DNA from: Salinivirgaceae bacterium
Lineage (GTDB): Bacteria; Bacteroidota; Bacteroidia; Bacteroidales; SZUA-534
Assembly (NCBI GenBank): GCA_024405635.1
Contig: JAKSOL010000004.1
Span: 86,919-150,918 of the forward strand
Direction: 5' to 3'
DNA: 64,000 nt
Part shown: one piece after another, positions 19,662 to 29,130 of the stretch
Layout: each line of letters opens with the position of its first letter
Position numbering within the stretch: position 1 is the first letter of the stretch
Notes under the pieces: model-generated
Databases searched by the model: none
Seen by the model: the letters and a program-made list of their open reading frames with translations, nothing else
What the model was told of the DNA's origin: nothing
Translations under genes and position numbers: made by a program

Positions 19662-20792
19662 ATGGAACAGAAACTGAAAATATTTGCCATTGTTCCCAAA
19701 AAACTAAAGGAACCACTTGATGGCGACAAAAAAGGTATTTGCTGTTATTTGGATGCTTTGGGAAAAATATCGCAACTCACTGTAATTGCCGATGTTGAAT
19801 CGGAAGCCGATGACTTTTCGTTTCGCTTGCGCCCAATTATCTTTTCGCACCGACCATTCAAACGCATATCAAAACGAAATGCGAAGATTATATACGAGCA
19901 GATTCAGAAAGATGCTCCCGACGTTATTATTCTTGAACAACCATTTTTAGGTTGGATGGGACAGGTTTCAAAAAGCACAGGTGTTCCATTTTTCCTCGAT
20001 ATGCTGAGCATTGAGTATTTGCGCATAAAATCGGTAGGCCGTTGGTGGTGGATGCTAATGTACGGCTGGGAACGTTGGGCAATGACTCACTCGCGAGGTG
20101 CTTTTTTTGCCACAAACCAAGACCGTTTGATGGCCATAAAAAAATTTAAGCTTAACCCCGAACGAGCATTCTTGCGTTCGCATGGGTTCCCTCAAACATC
20201 GTTGCCCGTTGTCGATCAAAACGAGCGCGCTCAAGTTTTATCACGCCACGGAATAAACCCTAACAACAAAGTGTTTATGTTTTTTGGCGTGCTTAAATAT
20301 TTGTCGAGTCTTGAATCGCTATCAAACATAATTAACGAAATAAGTCCGCGACTGAAAGCCAAATTAGGTGGCGGCTACACCATTTTAATTTGTGGAGGTG
20401 GGTTAGCACCATCGTTCCAAAAAAGTTTGCAAAAGCTTGAGTGCGACAACATTGTATATGCAGGTTTTGTTCCTAACATCGATGAATATATACGCAGTTC
20501 AGATGTTGTGATGAATCCAGTAGTGCAATACGGAGGAATAAAAACCAAGGTGATTGAGGCAATAGGCCAAAATAGAACTGTGGTGTCAACCATTTCGGGC
20601 ATCGAAGGAATAGATGCTGCTGTTTGCGGCGACAAACTAAAAGTTGTTACCGACAACGATTGGGATATGTTTGTCAATTGTATGATTGATTCGCTTGAAT
20701 CTGATAGCAAGACAACACAAGAATTTTATGACAAATACAGCATCGATGGCATTGCAAAAGACATTTACAACATATTAAATAAATACAAATAG
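19662..20792 (+). CDS. Glycosyltransferase family 4
   Basis: GFVPNIDEYIRSSDVVMNP...GGIKTKVIEAIG GT-B C-terminal motif. Confidence 0.85.
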   Translation: MEQKLKIFAIVPKKLKEPLDGDKKGICCYLDALGKISQLTVIADVESEADDFSFRLRPIIFSHRPFKRISKRNAKIIYEQIQKDAPDVIILEQPFLGWMGQVSKSTGVPFFLDMLSIEYLRIKSVGRWWWMLMYGWERWAMTHSRGAFFATNQDRLMAIKKFKLNPERAFLRSHGFPQTSLPVVDQNERAQVLSRHGINPNNKVFMFFGVLKYLSSLESLSNIINEISPRLKAKLGGGYTILICGGGLAPSFQKSLQKLECDNIVYAGFVPNIDEYIRSSDVVMNPVVQYGGIKTKVIEAIGQNRTVVSTISGIEGIDAAVCGDKLKVVTDNDWDMFVNCMIDSLESDSKTTQEFYDKYSIDGIAKDIYNILNKYK

Positions 20793-20793
20793 C

Positions 20794-21852
20794 ATGAATT
20801 TTTTAGAAACAACTTTTTGGGGCAGCACAGCCAAACAATGGATTTTTTGTGCCGCATTTTGGTTGGGAACTTATTTCATCACAAAAATCATTTTGTGGTT
20901 TTTCGACAAAGTAATACATCGCATTTGCCGTAATACCGAAACAAAACTCGACGACATTGTGTGCGAAACACTTCGAGGTCCACTCTCGTTTGGCTTTGTG
21001 TTATTAGGTGTTTGGCTTGGATTGCAGCAACTAACATTTGAATCGGGTTTATCCGATTTTCTTGGAAAGGTTTATACATTTTTGGTAACCATAAACGTAA
21101 CATGGTTTGTGTCGCGCCTACTTACAGGCATAGTAACAACCTACGTTGATCCAATAATGTCAACCAAAGAGAACAAAGTTGGAAAACAAGTTGTGTCAAT
21201 GCTCAAAAGCGTCATTCATGTAGTAATATGGGCATTTGGCGTTGTAATGGCGCTTAATAATATTGGTTACGATGTTGGCGCTCTTATAGCAGGTTTGGGT
21301 CTAGGAGGTTTAATGGTTGCCATGGCTGCCAAAGACACAGTGTCAAACTTCTTTGGCGGAGTAACCATCTTTATCGACAAACCATTTACCATTGACGACC
21401 GTGTTCGTGCCGAAGGATTTGATGGCTTTGTTACCAAAATAGGAATGCGCAGTTTCTGCATCAAAACACTTGATGGTACTGAGGTTGTTATTCCAAACTC
21501 AAAGGTGATTGATGGTGTGGTTGAAAACGTGAGCCGCGAACCAGCTCGTAAAGTGATTTTGGATTTGGGCTTGACTTACGACACAAAACCAGAACAAATG
21601 CAGCGCGCCATGGACATTTTGCGCGAAATATCGGCACAAAACACAAACTTAGACAACACCAACACAATTGTGTCATTTACCACATTTGGTGATTTTTCGT
21701 TAGGCATCAAGTTTATTTATTACATCAAAAGTGGAGCCGATATTTTTGGAACACAAAACGATGTAAACATGAGCATACTTTCGCGCTTTAATGCTGAAGG
21801 ATTGAACTTTGCATTCCCAACGCAAACTATTTATGTTGAAAAAAACAACTAA
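20794..21852 (+). CDS. MscS-family mechanosensitive channel
   Basis: LIAGLGLGGLMVAMAAKDTVSNFFGG, DKPFTIDD, IPNS, FAFPTQT. Confidence 0.92.
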   Translation: MNFLETTFWGSTAKQWIFCAAFWLGTYFITKIILWFFDKVIHRICRNTETKLDDIVCETLRGPLSFGFVLLGVWLGLQQLTFESGLSDFLGKVYTFLVTINVTWFVSRLLTGIVTTYVDPIMSTKENKVGKQVVSMLKSVIHVVIWAFGVVMALNNIGYDVGALIAGLGLGGLMVAMAAKDTVSNFFGGVTIFIDKPFTIDDRVRAEGFDGFVTKIGMRSFCIKTLDGTEVVIPNSKVIDGVVENVSREPARKVILDLGLTYDTKPEQMQRAMDILREISAQNTNLDNTNTIVSFTTFGDFSLGIKFIYYIKSGADIFGTQNDVNMSILSRFNAEGLNFAFPTQTIYVEKNN

Positions 21853-22544
21853 TGGATAAAAAATTGGTTATAGCCATTGATGGCTTTTCGTCGTGCGGCA
21901 AAAGCACAGTTGCCAAAGAATTGGCAAAACAACTAGGCTACACATACATCGATAGCGGAGCAATGTATCGTGCTGTTACATTGTATTGCATCGAAAATGG
22001 TTTGATTGACGATGATGGAACAGTGAACGAACCAGTGCTTGAAGCCGTTGTTAGCACCATCAAAATTGGTTTTACATACGATGCCGATGCACGCGTTTAC
22101 AAAACTTGGCTCAACGGACAATTGGTTGAGGATAAAATTCGCACCATAGGTGTATCGAACAAAGTGAGCTACGTGAGCAAAATAGGCTTTGTGCGCGAGC
22201 AAATGGTTGAACTACAACGCCAAATGGGAGCAGAAGGAGGAATAGTGATGGATGGCCGCGACATTGGTACTGTGGTTTTCCCAAATGCCGATTTGAAGAT
22301 TTTTATGACCGCATCGGTTAAAGTGCGTGCACAACGCCGTTACGACGAGTTGCAAGCCAAAGGCGACAATGTGACGTTTGACGAAGTGGCCGCCAATATT
22401 GAACAACGCGACTACCTTGACCAACACCGCGACATTTCGCCATTGCGTCAGGCTGACGATGCTGTGGTGGTTGACAATAGCAACCTTACACGCGAACAAC
22501 AATTGACTGAAATAGTTCGTTTGGTTGAACAACGCCAAAAATGA
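21852..22544 (+). CDS. cmk: Cytidylate kinase
   Basis: IAIDGFSSCGKST, DSGAMYRAVT, VMDGRDIGTVVFP. Confidence 0.97.
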   Translation: MDKKLVIAIDGFSSCGKSTVAKELAKQLGYTYIDSGAMYRAVTLYCIENGLIDDDGTVNEPVLEAVVSTIKIGFTYDADARVYKTWLNGQLVEDKIRTIGVSNKVSYVSKIGFVREQMVELQRQMGAEGGIVMDGRDIGTVVFPNADLKIFMTASVKVRAQRRYDELQAKGDNVTFDEVAANIEQRDYLDQHRDISPLRQADDAVVVDNSNLTREQQLTEIVRLVEQRQK

Positions 22545-23404
22545 GCAACGTAACCATATCAATCGATCCGCATTCGGGGTTTTGCTTTGGCGTGCAAAAT
22601 GCTGTGAGCAAGGCAGTTGAAGAACTGGCTAAAGGTGCACCATTGTATAGCCTTGGCGCTATGGTGCATAATCCAGCCGAGGTTAAACGTCTTGCCGATA
22701 TGGGCTTGCAAGTTATTGACCATGAGCAGTTTAATAAAATAAACAACTCAAAAGTGCTTTTTCGTGCTCACGGTGAGCCGCCCGAGAGTTACATTAACAT
22801 ACAACAGCGTGGAATTGAATTGATTGATGCCACTTGTCCTGTGGTTTTGCGGCTGCAACAACGCATAAAATCGGCCTACCAAAAGGCTATTCAAAAAAAT
22901 GGGCAGATAGTGATATTTGGTAAAAAAGGTCATGCTGAAGTGGTTGGTCTTATTGGGCAAACCAACGGCACCGCCATTTTGATAGAATCGGAATTGGATC
23001 TTGATAAAATTGACTTTAATAGACCTATTGAATTCTTTTCGCAAACCACCAAAGATGTAGGCCATTTTATGCAATTAGTTGCCATTATTGAGAAAAAAGC
23101 AACCGATTTTAGTTGGCACGACACCATTTGCCGTCAAGTTGCCAATCGTGGACCATTGTTGCACGATTTTGCTGCTCATCACGATTTAATGATTTTTGTT
23201 GGTGGCTCCGATAGCTCAAATGCCAAGGCCTTGTTCGATATATGCAAGCAAGTTAATCCGCAATCAATATTTGTAGAGTCGCCTGCCGATATTACAGCCG
23301 ACATGCTCAAAGGAGCTGCAAGCATCGGTATAAGTGGTGCCACTTCAACGCCATCGTGGCTCATACAAAATGTTGAGTCGTACGTTAGGGGATTGGTGGG
23401 GTAG
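22541..23404 (+). CDS. ispH: 4-hydroxy-3-methylbut-2-enyl diphosphate reductase
   Basis: GFCFGV, FRAHG, DATCPVV, DTICRQ, SSNA, GATSTP. Confidence 0.96.
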   Translation: MSNVTISIDPHSGFCFGVQNAVSKAVEELAKGAPLYSLGAMVHNPAEVKRLADMGLQVIDHEQFNKINNSKVLFRAHGEPPESYINIQQRGIELIDATCPVVLRLQQRIKSAYQKAIQKNGQIVIFGKKGHAEVVGLIGQTNGTAILIESELDLDKIDFNRPIEFFSQTTKDVGHFMQLVAIIEKKATDFSWHDTICRQVANRGPLLHDFAAHHDLMIFVGGSDSSNAKALFDICKQVNPQSIFVESPADITADMLKGAASIGISGATSTPSWLIQNVESYVRGLVG

Positions 23405-23563
23405 TTCAACAAATCAAAAGCCATAAACTTGCATAGTTAGTGCTTGTAACTAAGCCTATTAGATTTTGTTTTTCCCAAAAAAGTTTGATAAACAGCCTTA
23501 ACTAATAAATAGAGGTAAGTGCTAAAAACACAACGCTTTATTAGTTTTGCAATAAACACGTAA

Positions 23564-24406
23564 ATGATGGAAGCTGAATACACCACCATAAAACCGCAAT
23601 CGAGTCTGCTCGACATTGACATGAAAGAGTTGTGGCGATACCGCGATTTGATTTACATGTACACCAAGCGCGACATTGTTACATTCTACAAGCAGACCAT
23701 ACTTGGTCCGCTTTGGTTTGTAGTTCAGCCTGTTCTTACCACCGTAATGTTCATGTTTGTGTTTGGCAACTTGGCAGGAATCTCCACCGATGGCATTCCT
23801 GGCGTGTTGTTCTATTTTAGCGGCATCATTATTTGGAACTACTTTGCCGACTGCCTTAACCGCAACTCAAAAACCTTTACCGACAACCAAAGCGTTTTTG
23901 GCAAAGTGTATTTCCCCCGTTTGGTTGTGCCCATCTCCGTAACCATTTCAAACCTAGTTAGGTTTCTCATTCAGTTGGTGCTATTTGTTGTAATTTATTT
24001 GTACTACATAATTACAGGCGCAGGCATATTGCCTAACCTTTATTTGCTTTTGCTGCCACTGCTTGTGCTGATGACCGCAGGCATAAGTCTTGGTTTCGGC
24101 ATAGTGTTTTCGTCGCTTACAACCAAATATCGCGACCTTACCTTCCTCCTTCAATTTGGCGTGCAACTTTGGATGTACATAACTCCAATTATCTATCCAC
24201 TTAGCAGCATATCGGCCGACAAACAATGGCTAATACAGCTAAATCCAATGACATCGATAATTGAAACATTCAAGTTTGGAGCCTTAGGTACAGGCGTATT
24301 CTCGTGGGGGTGGTTAGGCTACAGCTTCGGATTTATGACTCTAATATTGTTTATTGGCATAATCATTTTCAACAAGATAGAGAAAAGCTTTATGGATACG
24401 GTGTGA
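23564..24406 (+). CDS. wzm: Polysaccharide ABC transporter permease
   Basis: ELWRYRDL, YKQTILGPLW, KVYFPRL, KYRDL, LNPMT. Confidence 0.93.
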   Translation: MMEAEYTTIKPQSSLLDIDMKELWRYRDLIYMYTKRDIVTFYKQTILGPLWFVVQPVLTTVMFMFVFGNLAGISTDGIPGVLFYFSGIIIWNYFADCLNRNSKTFTDNQSVFGKVYFPRLVVPISVTISNLVRFLIQLVLFVVIYLYYIITGAGILPNLYLLLLPLLVLMTAGISLGFGIVFSSLTTKYRDLTFLLQFGVQLWMYITPIIYPLSSISADKQWLIQLNPMTSIIETFKFGALGTGVFSWGWLGYSFGFMTLILFIGIIIFNKIEKSFMDTV

Positions 24407-24408
24407 AT

Positions 24409-24443
24409 TCGGCTATTTGCTTTTGGCTTTTGGCCATTAGCAG
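24409..24443 (+). repeat. Five degenerate 7-nt repeats (consensus TTGGCYW), left arm
   Basis: TCGGCTA TTTGCTT TTGGCTT TTGGCCA TTAGCAG, starting 3 nt after the wzm stop. Confidence 0.8.
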
Positions 24444-24479
24444 TGGCTGATGCAAAATTGTTAACCAACAAAAAAAGGA

Positions 24480-24857
24480 ATGAGAGATTTTAGAAAATAT
24501 GATGTTTGGAAATTGGCAATGGTCTTAACTAAAGACATTTACAACATTTGCGCTACATTCCCACAAAAAGAGCAATTCTCTTTAGCAAATCAAATGTGCC
24601 GCGCTGCTATATCCATTCCTTCAAACATTGCAGAAGGATGTTCTCGAAGTTCCAATATTGAATTTGCAAGATTTATTGAAATAGCTATGGGCTCTGCTTT
24701 TGAATTAGAAACGCAATGCGAAATAGCAGAAACCATTAATTACATAACAACAAATCAAAAGGACAGTTTAATAGAAAAACTTAATATTATTCAGCGCCAA
24801 TTAAATGCGCTTAATAGCAAAATTAAACCGCAAAAGAAACCAAAGGCCAATAGCTAA
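24480..24857 (+). CDS. Four helix bundle protein (23S rRNA intervening-sequence protein family, TIGR02436-like)
   Basis: DFRKYDVWK, FPQKEQFSLANQMCRAAISIPSNIAEGCSR, FIEIAMGSAFELETQ. Confidence 0.93.
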   Translation: MRDFRKYDVWKLAMVLTKDIYNICATFPQKEQFSLANQMCRAAISIPSNIAEGCSRSSNIEFARFIEIAMGSAFELETQCEIAETINYITTNQKDSLIEKLNIIQRQLNALNSKIKPQKKPKANS

Positions 24858-24878
24858 TGGCCAATAGTTAATAGTTTG
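24837..24878 (+). repeat. Six degenerate 7-nt repeats (consensus WRGCCAA), right arm, inverted relative to 24409-24443
   Basis: AAACCAA AGGCCAA TAGCTAA TGGCCAA TAGTTAA TAGTTTG; spans the four-helix-bundle stop codon. Confidence 0.8.
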
Positions 24879-24881
24879 AAC

Positions 24882-26174
24882 ATGCCCACAGCAATAAAAA
24901 TAGAAAACCTAAGCAAGCAATACCGTCTTGGAGTGATTGGCACAGGCACATTGAGCCACGACCTTAACCGTTGGTGGACCATGAATGTGTTGCGAAAAGA
25001 AGACCCATACCTTAAGATAGGCGAGACCAACGACCGCACCACACGTGGCGAATCGGACTATGTGTGGGCCTTGCGCGACATAAACATGGAAATAGAGCAA
25101 GGCGATGTGGTTGGCATTATTGGCAAAAATGGAGCAGGAAAATCAACGTTGCTGAAAATCCTATCACGCGTTACTAAACCCACAACAGGCACAATTAAGT
25201 ACCGCGGACGCATTGCTTCGTTACTCGAAGTGGGCACTGGTTTTCATGCCGAAATGACTGGACGCGAAAACATATACATGAACGGCTCCATAATGGGCAT
25301 GACACGCGCCGAAATAACCCGCAAACTCGATGAGATTGTCGATTTTGCCGGCATTGAGCGCTACCTCGACACTCCCGTAAAACGCTACTCAAGCGGCATG
25401 ACCGTTCGCCTCGGGTTCTCCATTGCCGCCCACTTGGAACCCGATATCCTTGTAGTTGACGAGGTTTTGGCCGTTGGCGATGCCGAATTTCAAAAGAAAG
25501 CCATTGGCAAAATGCAAGACGTAAGCAAAGGCGAAGGCCGTACGGTACTGTTTGTGAGCCATAATATGGCGAGTGTAAAAAGATTATGCAAAAATGGCAT
25601 ATTATTAGAAAATGGACTAATCAAAAAATCGGGATTAATCGACGAAGTCATCGATTACTATATAGACAACTATCAATCAGAGAAATCAATGCCATATGTG
25701 GAAGTGACCAAAGAAATGCATGACAAAAATAGAAGTTTGAAAGCAAAATTTCTTTCGTTTGAACACATAAAAGGATCCACTAAATATGCAACGGACGAGG
25801 ATATTGTTTTGCGAATAAAAATATACTCTGATTATGACATTCAAAATTGCAGAATAAATTCAACCGTTTATACATCTGAAAAAGTGGCAATATGCAATAA
25901 CTCTTCAGAAGACTATTTCCATATTTATGCTGGCCAAACGATTGATGTTGAATACATCATTCACAATCCCGGATTAGTCATAGGCAATTACAATATGAAT
26001 TTTTCTATTGGCATAGGGAATATGACTGAAGGTGAAACCAATTACGATGTAGTGAAAGCTCCTATAACATTTGAGATTGACAAGCCTTACAAAGATGAGA
26101 ATAAGTACTATGTCAAATGGGACAAACATGGATGGGGGAACATATACATGCGTACGGAGACAAGAGTCCTTTAA
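24882..26174 (+). CDS. wzt: Polysaccharide ABC transporter ATP-binding protein with C-terminal Wzt_C-like domain
   Basis: GKNGAGKST, YSSGM, DEVLAVGDAEFQKK, VSH; ATG at 24882 preferred to TTG at 24876. Confidence 0.93.
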   Translation: MPTAIKIENLSKQYRLGVIGTGTLSHDLNRWWTMNVLRKEDPYLKIGETNDRTTRGESDYVWALRDINMEIEQGDVVGIIGKNGAGKSTLLKILSRVTKPTTGTIKYRGRIASLLEVGTGFHAEMTGRENIYMNGSIMGMTRAEITRKLDEIVDFAGIERYLDTPVKRYSSGMTVRLGFSIAAHLEPDILVVDEVLAVGDAEFQKKAIGKMQDVSKGEGRTVLFVSHNMASVKRLCKNGILLENGLIKKSGLIDEVIDYYIDNYQSEKSMPYVEVTKEMHDKNRSLKAKFLSFEHIKGSTKYATDEDIVLRIKIYSDYDIQNCRINSTVYTSEKVAICNNSSEDYFHIYAGQTIDVEYIIHNPGLVIGNYNMNFSIGIGNMTEGETNYDVVKAPITFEIDKPYKDENKYYVKWDKHGWGNIYMRTETRVL

Positions 26175-26191
26175 CAAAAAAAAACTAAACA

Positions 26192-27136
26192 ATGCAATAT
26201 CGCACATTAGCGGATTTGAGTAATCTCGTCAGAACCAACATATACATAGTTCCACACGATATTGATTTGGTTGTAGGAATACCACGGAGTGGAATGTTGC
26301 CTGCAAATATGATTGCACTGTTTCTAAACAAAAAGATGTCCGACATAGACTCTTTTTGCGAAGGCAGGATAATGTCAACAGGGAAACGCTCTCAATATAT
26401 TGCCGATACAGATATTAAAAGAGTCTTAATTGTAGATGACAGCGTTAATCAAGGAAATTCAATTAAAGCCGCAAAAGATAAACTTACAGTACTGAATGAC
26501 AAATTTGAATTTGTATATTTAGCTCCAATAGTATCTTCTTGTGGAAAAGAACTCGTTGACATCTATTTTGAAATCATAGACGACAGAAGAATCTTTGAAT
26601 GGAATCTATTTCATCATCCAATTATTGGAAGATCATGCCTTGACATAGACGGCATATTAAACAAAGACCCTGAAATTGATGATGATGGCAATATCTACAA
26701 ACAATTTCTTCATGATGCTACACCTATGTTTCTACCTACAGTAGAAATTGAAACATTGATTACATGCCGTTTAGAAAAATATAGGAATGACACTGAATCT
26801 TGGTTAAAACGACATAATATTAGATATAAAAATCTTGTAATGCTAGATTTACCCTCACGCGAAGAACGAATCAAATGGGGCCGCTATGGAGAATTCAAAG
26901 GAGAGTATTACAAAAATAACAATCAAGTGTTATTCATTGAAAGCAACAAAAAACAAGCACAAATAATAGCTAACATTTCTAACAAACCTGTAATTTGCTT
27001 AGAGTGCAATTCTCTTATCTCTCCAGAAACGAGCGTTAAGCTAAAAGAGAACAGCAAAAGTCTTATAAAAAAAATGATAAATTTGATTTTACATGGCAAG
27101 ATTTTTCTCTCTTTATTATTAATAATAGGAAAATGA
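26192..27136 (+). CDS. Phosphoribosyltransferase (type I) fused to HAD-like phosphatase domain
   Basis: VVGIPRSG and VLIVDDSVNQG (PRPP-binding loop) at the N-terminus; CLDIDGIL, LITCR and FIES HAD-like motifs at the C-terminus. Confidence 0.75.
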   Translation: MQYRTLADLSNLVRTNIYIVPHDIDLVVGIPRSGMLPANMIALFLNKKMSDIDSFCEGRIMSTGKRSQYIADTDIKRVLIVDDSVNQGNSIKAAKDKLTVLNDKFEFVYLAPIVSSCGKELVDIYFEIIDDRRIFEWNLFHHPIIGRSCLDIDGILNKDPEIDDDGNIYKQFLHDATPMFLPTVEIETLITCRLEKYRNDTESWLKRHNIRYKNLVMLDLPSREERIKWGRYGEFKGEYYKNNNQVLFIESNKKQAQIIANISNKPVICLECNSLISPETSVKLKENSKSLIKKMINLILHGKIFLSLLLIIGK

Positions 27137-28251
27137 AAATATTAGTATTTACACATAAAAGTAGTTTTTTTGGCGCTTCAAAATCTATTTTTGAAATAAC
27201 CAATGTGCTATGTAGTGAGCATGAAATAACTTATGTCATTCCCAACCATGGGAAAATGGAAGTGGAATTACAAAATGCTCACTATAAATACCTTATACTT
27301 CCTAATCCTATTTGGACAATCACACCTAAACCTAAAAAATATAGTAATTGGAACTATTCTAAGCACTATATCAAGACGAAACTTACATTTCTCATTTCAT
27401 TTTTATATGCATATAAACAAAGCATCAACACCGTAAGACGATTGAATCCGGACATTATAATTACAAATACAAGCGTAGCTCCAATGGGGTTAATTGTAGC
27501 AAAACACTTGGGAATACAATCCATACTATGGATACGTGAACCATTATGTAATAAGACAGGCTGGCAAATTCCTACAATTTTTACAATAAGGCAAGTCGCA
27601 AACGTGATTAGCAAGGCTAACATTGTTATTGCCCCTTCAAAATACTTAAAGGATTATTATGAAAATACATTTAAATTAAGCAATGTTTACGTCTTGCCTA
27701 ACATCATTAATTTTTTTCCCAAAAAAATTAATGAACCTCCAAAATATACATTTGGCATGGTGGGGTCGATAACGGAACGTAAAGGTCAATACGAATTTGC
27801 AAAAGCAATGTTAGAGAATACTACCAAAACATCATTAATCATTTGGGGAGAAGAGGGAACTGAATATTCACGGAAAGTTGTCAATCTAGCAAAAATGAGT
27901 AATGGGAGAATTATAATGGGAGGCTATGAAACAAATTTAGATAGGATATACTCGTCATTTCATATTTATGTAAATATGGGAATCAACGAGACTTTTGGTA
28001 GGACCACCATTGAGGCTATGAGAGCTGGCCGATTGGTATTTGGTCGAAATTCTGGGGCAACACCAGAATTAATTCAACACGGAATAACAGGCTTTTTATT
28101 TAATACGCCGGAAACAATTTTTAATATACTTGGTGACATGGAGTCTTTTTTTGAAAACGATAAATACAATGACATAAAGGTAAATGCTCTAAAATTTTCT
28201 ATGAACTATTTGCCGCAGACTATCAAGGAAAATGTGTCATCTTTATTTTAA
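27133..28251 (+). CDS. Glycosyltransferase family 4
   Basis: MKILVFTH..FFGA, RKGQ, ETFGRTTIEAMRAG, GITGFLF. Confidence 0.9.
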   Translation: MKILVFTHKSSFFGASKSIFEITNVLCSEHEITYVIPNHGKMEVELQNAHYKYLILPNPIWTITPKPKKYSNWNYSKHYIKTKLTFLISFLYAYKQSINTVRRLNPDIIITNTSVAPMGLIVAKHLGIQSILWIREPLCNKTGWQIPTIFTIRQVANVISKANIVIAPSKYLKDYYENTFKLSNVYVLPNIINFFPKKINEPPKYTFGMVGSITERKGQYEFAKAMLENTTKTSLIIWGEEGTEYSRKVVNLAKMSNGRIIMGGYETNLDRIYSSFHIYVNMGINETFGRTTIEAMRAGRLVFGRNSGATPELIQHGITGFLFNTPETIFNILGDMESFFENDKYNDIKVNALKFSMNYLPQTIKENVSSLF

Positions 28252-28282
28252 ATAGTCATAGCCACCCTAATTTAATAACACG

Positions 28283-29116
28283 ATGAATAAGAGTCCTTTG
28301 TTTTCTGTTTTGATTGCAAACTACAATAATGGTTGTTATTTACAAGAATCAATTGATAGTGTTATAAATCAGACATATCACAATTGGGAGATAATAATAG
28401 TAGATGATAAATCTACTGACGATTCCTATTCCATATATAACATATATGGATCAGATGATAGAATTCATATTTATTTTAATAAAAACAACAGAGGATGTGG
28501 GTTTACGAAAAGAAAATGTATAGAAATGGCTAATGGGGATTTGTGTGGCTTTTTAGATCCTGACGATGTTATTTTGCCTAGAGCCATTGAAATTATGGTC
28601 GAAAAGCATCAAAAGGAGCCTAAAGCATCTGTTGTTTGCTCTAGACATTATCGTTGTGATGAGCAATTAAATATTTTAAAAGAAAGCCCTCTTTTGCAAA
28701 TACCTATTGGTATGGACTATTTTTCGATGAATTCATATAGGCCTCTTCCATTTGCTTCATTCAAGAAAAGTTTGTACTTAAAAACCCAAGGACTATCCCC
28801 TCACTATCTTGCAGCCGTAGATCAAGAATTATATTTTATCATGGAGGATGTCGGATATATTTGTTCTATAAATGAATTTACATATAAATACAGGATACAC
28901 AACAGAAGTGTTGCTCATTCTAAAAATTCTTCAGCGGGATACTGGAATGTGATTGCCATTTATGAGGCTTGTAAAAGAAAAGGGTTGAATCCTATGATAT
29001 ATTCTTATCCTTTATATCAAAAGTATATTGAACTATATAGTAAATCTACATCCTACAGAATAGGAAGACTATTATTGACTCCTTTAATTTGGATAAAAAC
29101 AAAATTGAAAAAATAG
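28283..29116 (+). CDS. Glycosyltransferase family 2
   Basis: FSVLIANYN, IIVDDKSTD, FLDPDD. Confidence 0.92.
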   Translation: MNKSPLFSVLIANYNNGCYLQESIDSVINQTYHNWEIIIVDDKSTDDSYSIYNIYGSDDRIHIYFNKNNRGCGFTKRKCIEMANGDLCGFLDPDDVILPRAIEIMVEKHQKEPKASVVCSRHYRCDEQLNILKESPLLQIPIGMDYFSMNSYRPLPFASFKKSLYLKTQGLSPHYLAAVDQELYFIMEDVGYICSINEFTYKYRIHNRSVAHSKNSSAGYWNVIAIYEACKRKGLNPMIYSYPLYQKYIELYSKSTSYRIGRLLLTPLIWIKTKLKK

Positions 29117-29130
29117 TTTTGTGCTCAACT

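Noticed and set aside
23405-23563. Invertible promoter or UpxY/ops-type control of the glycan locus
   Set aside because: No flanking inverted repeats, recombinase or upxY gene seen; only a plain TAGTTTTG element near 23542.
24480-24857. Diversity-generating retroelement, suggested by the Avd-like fold
   Set aside because: No reverse transcriptase and no template/variable repeat pair seen in the window.
24407-24881. Classical IS or MITE
   Set aside because: No transposase, arms are degenerate heptamer arrays rather than terminal inverted repeats, and no clear target-site duplication.
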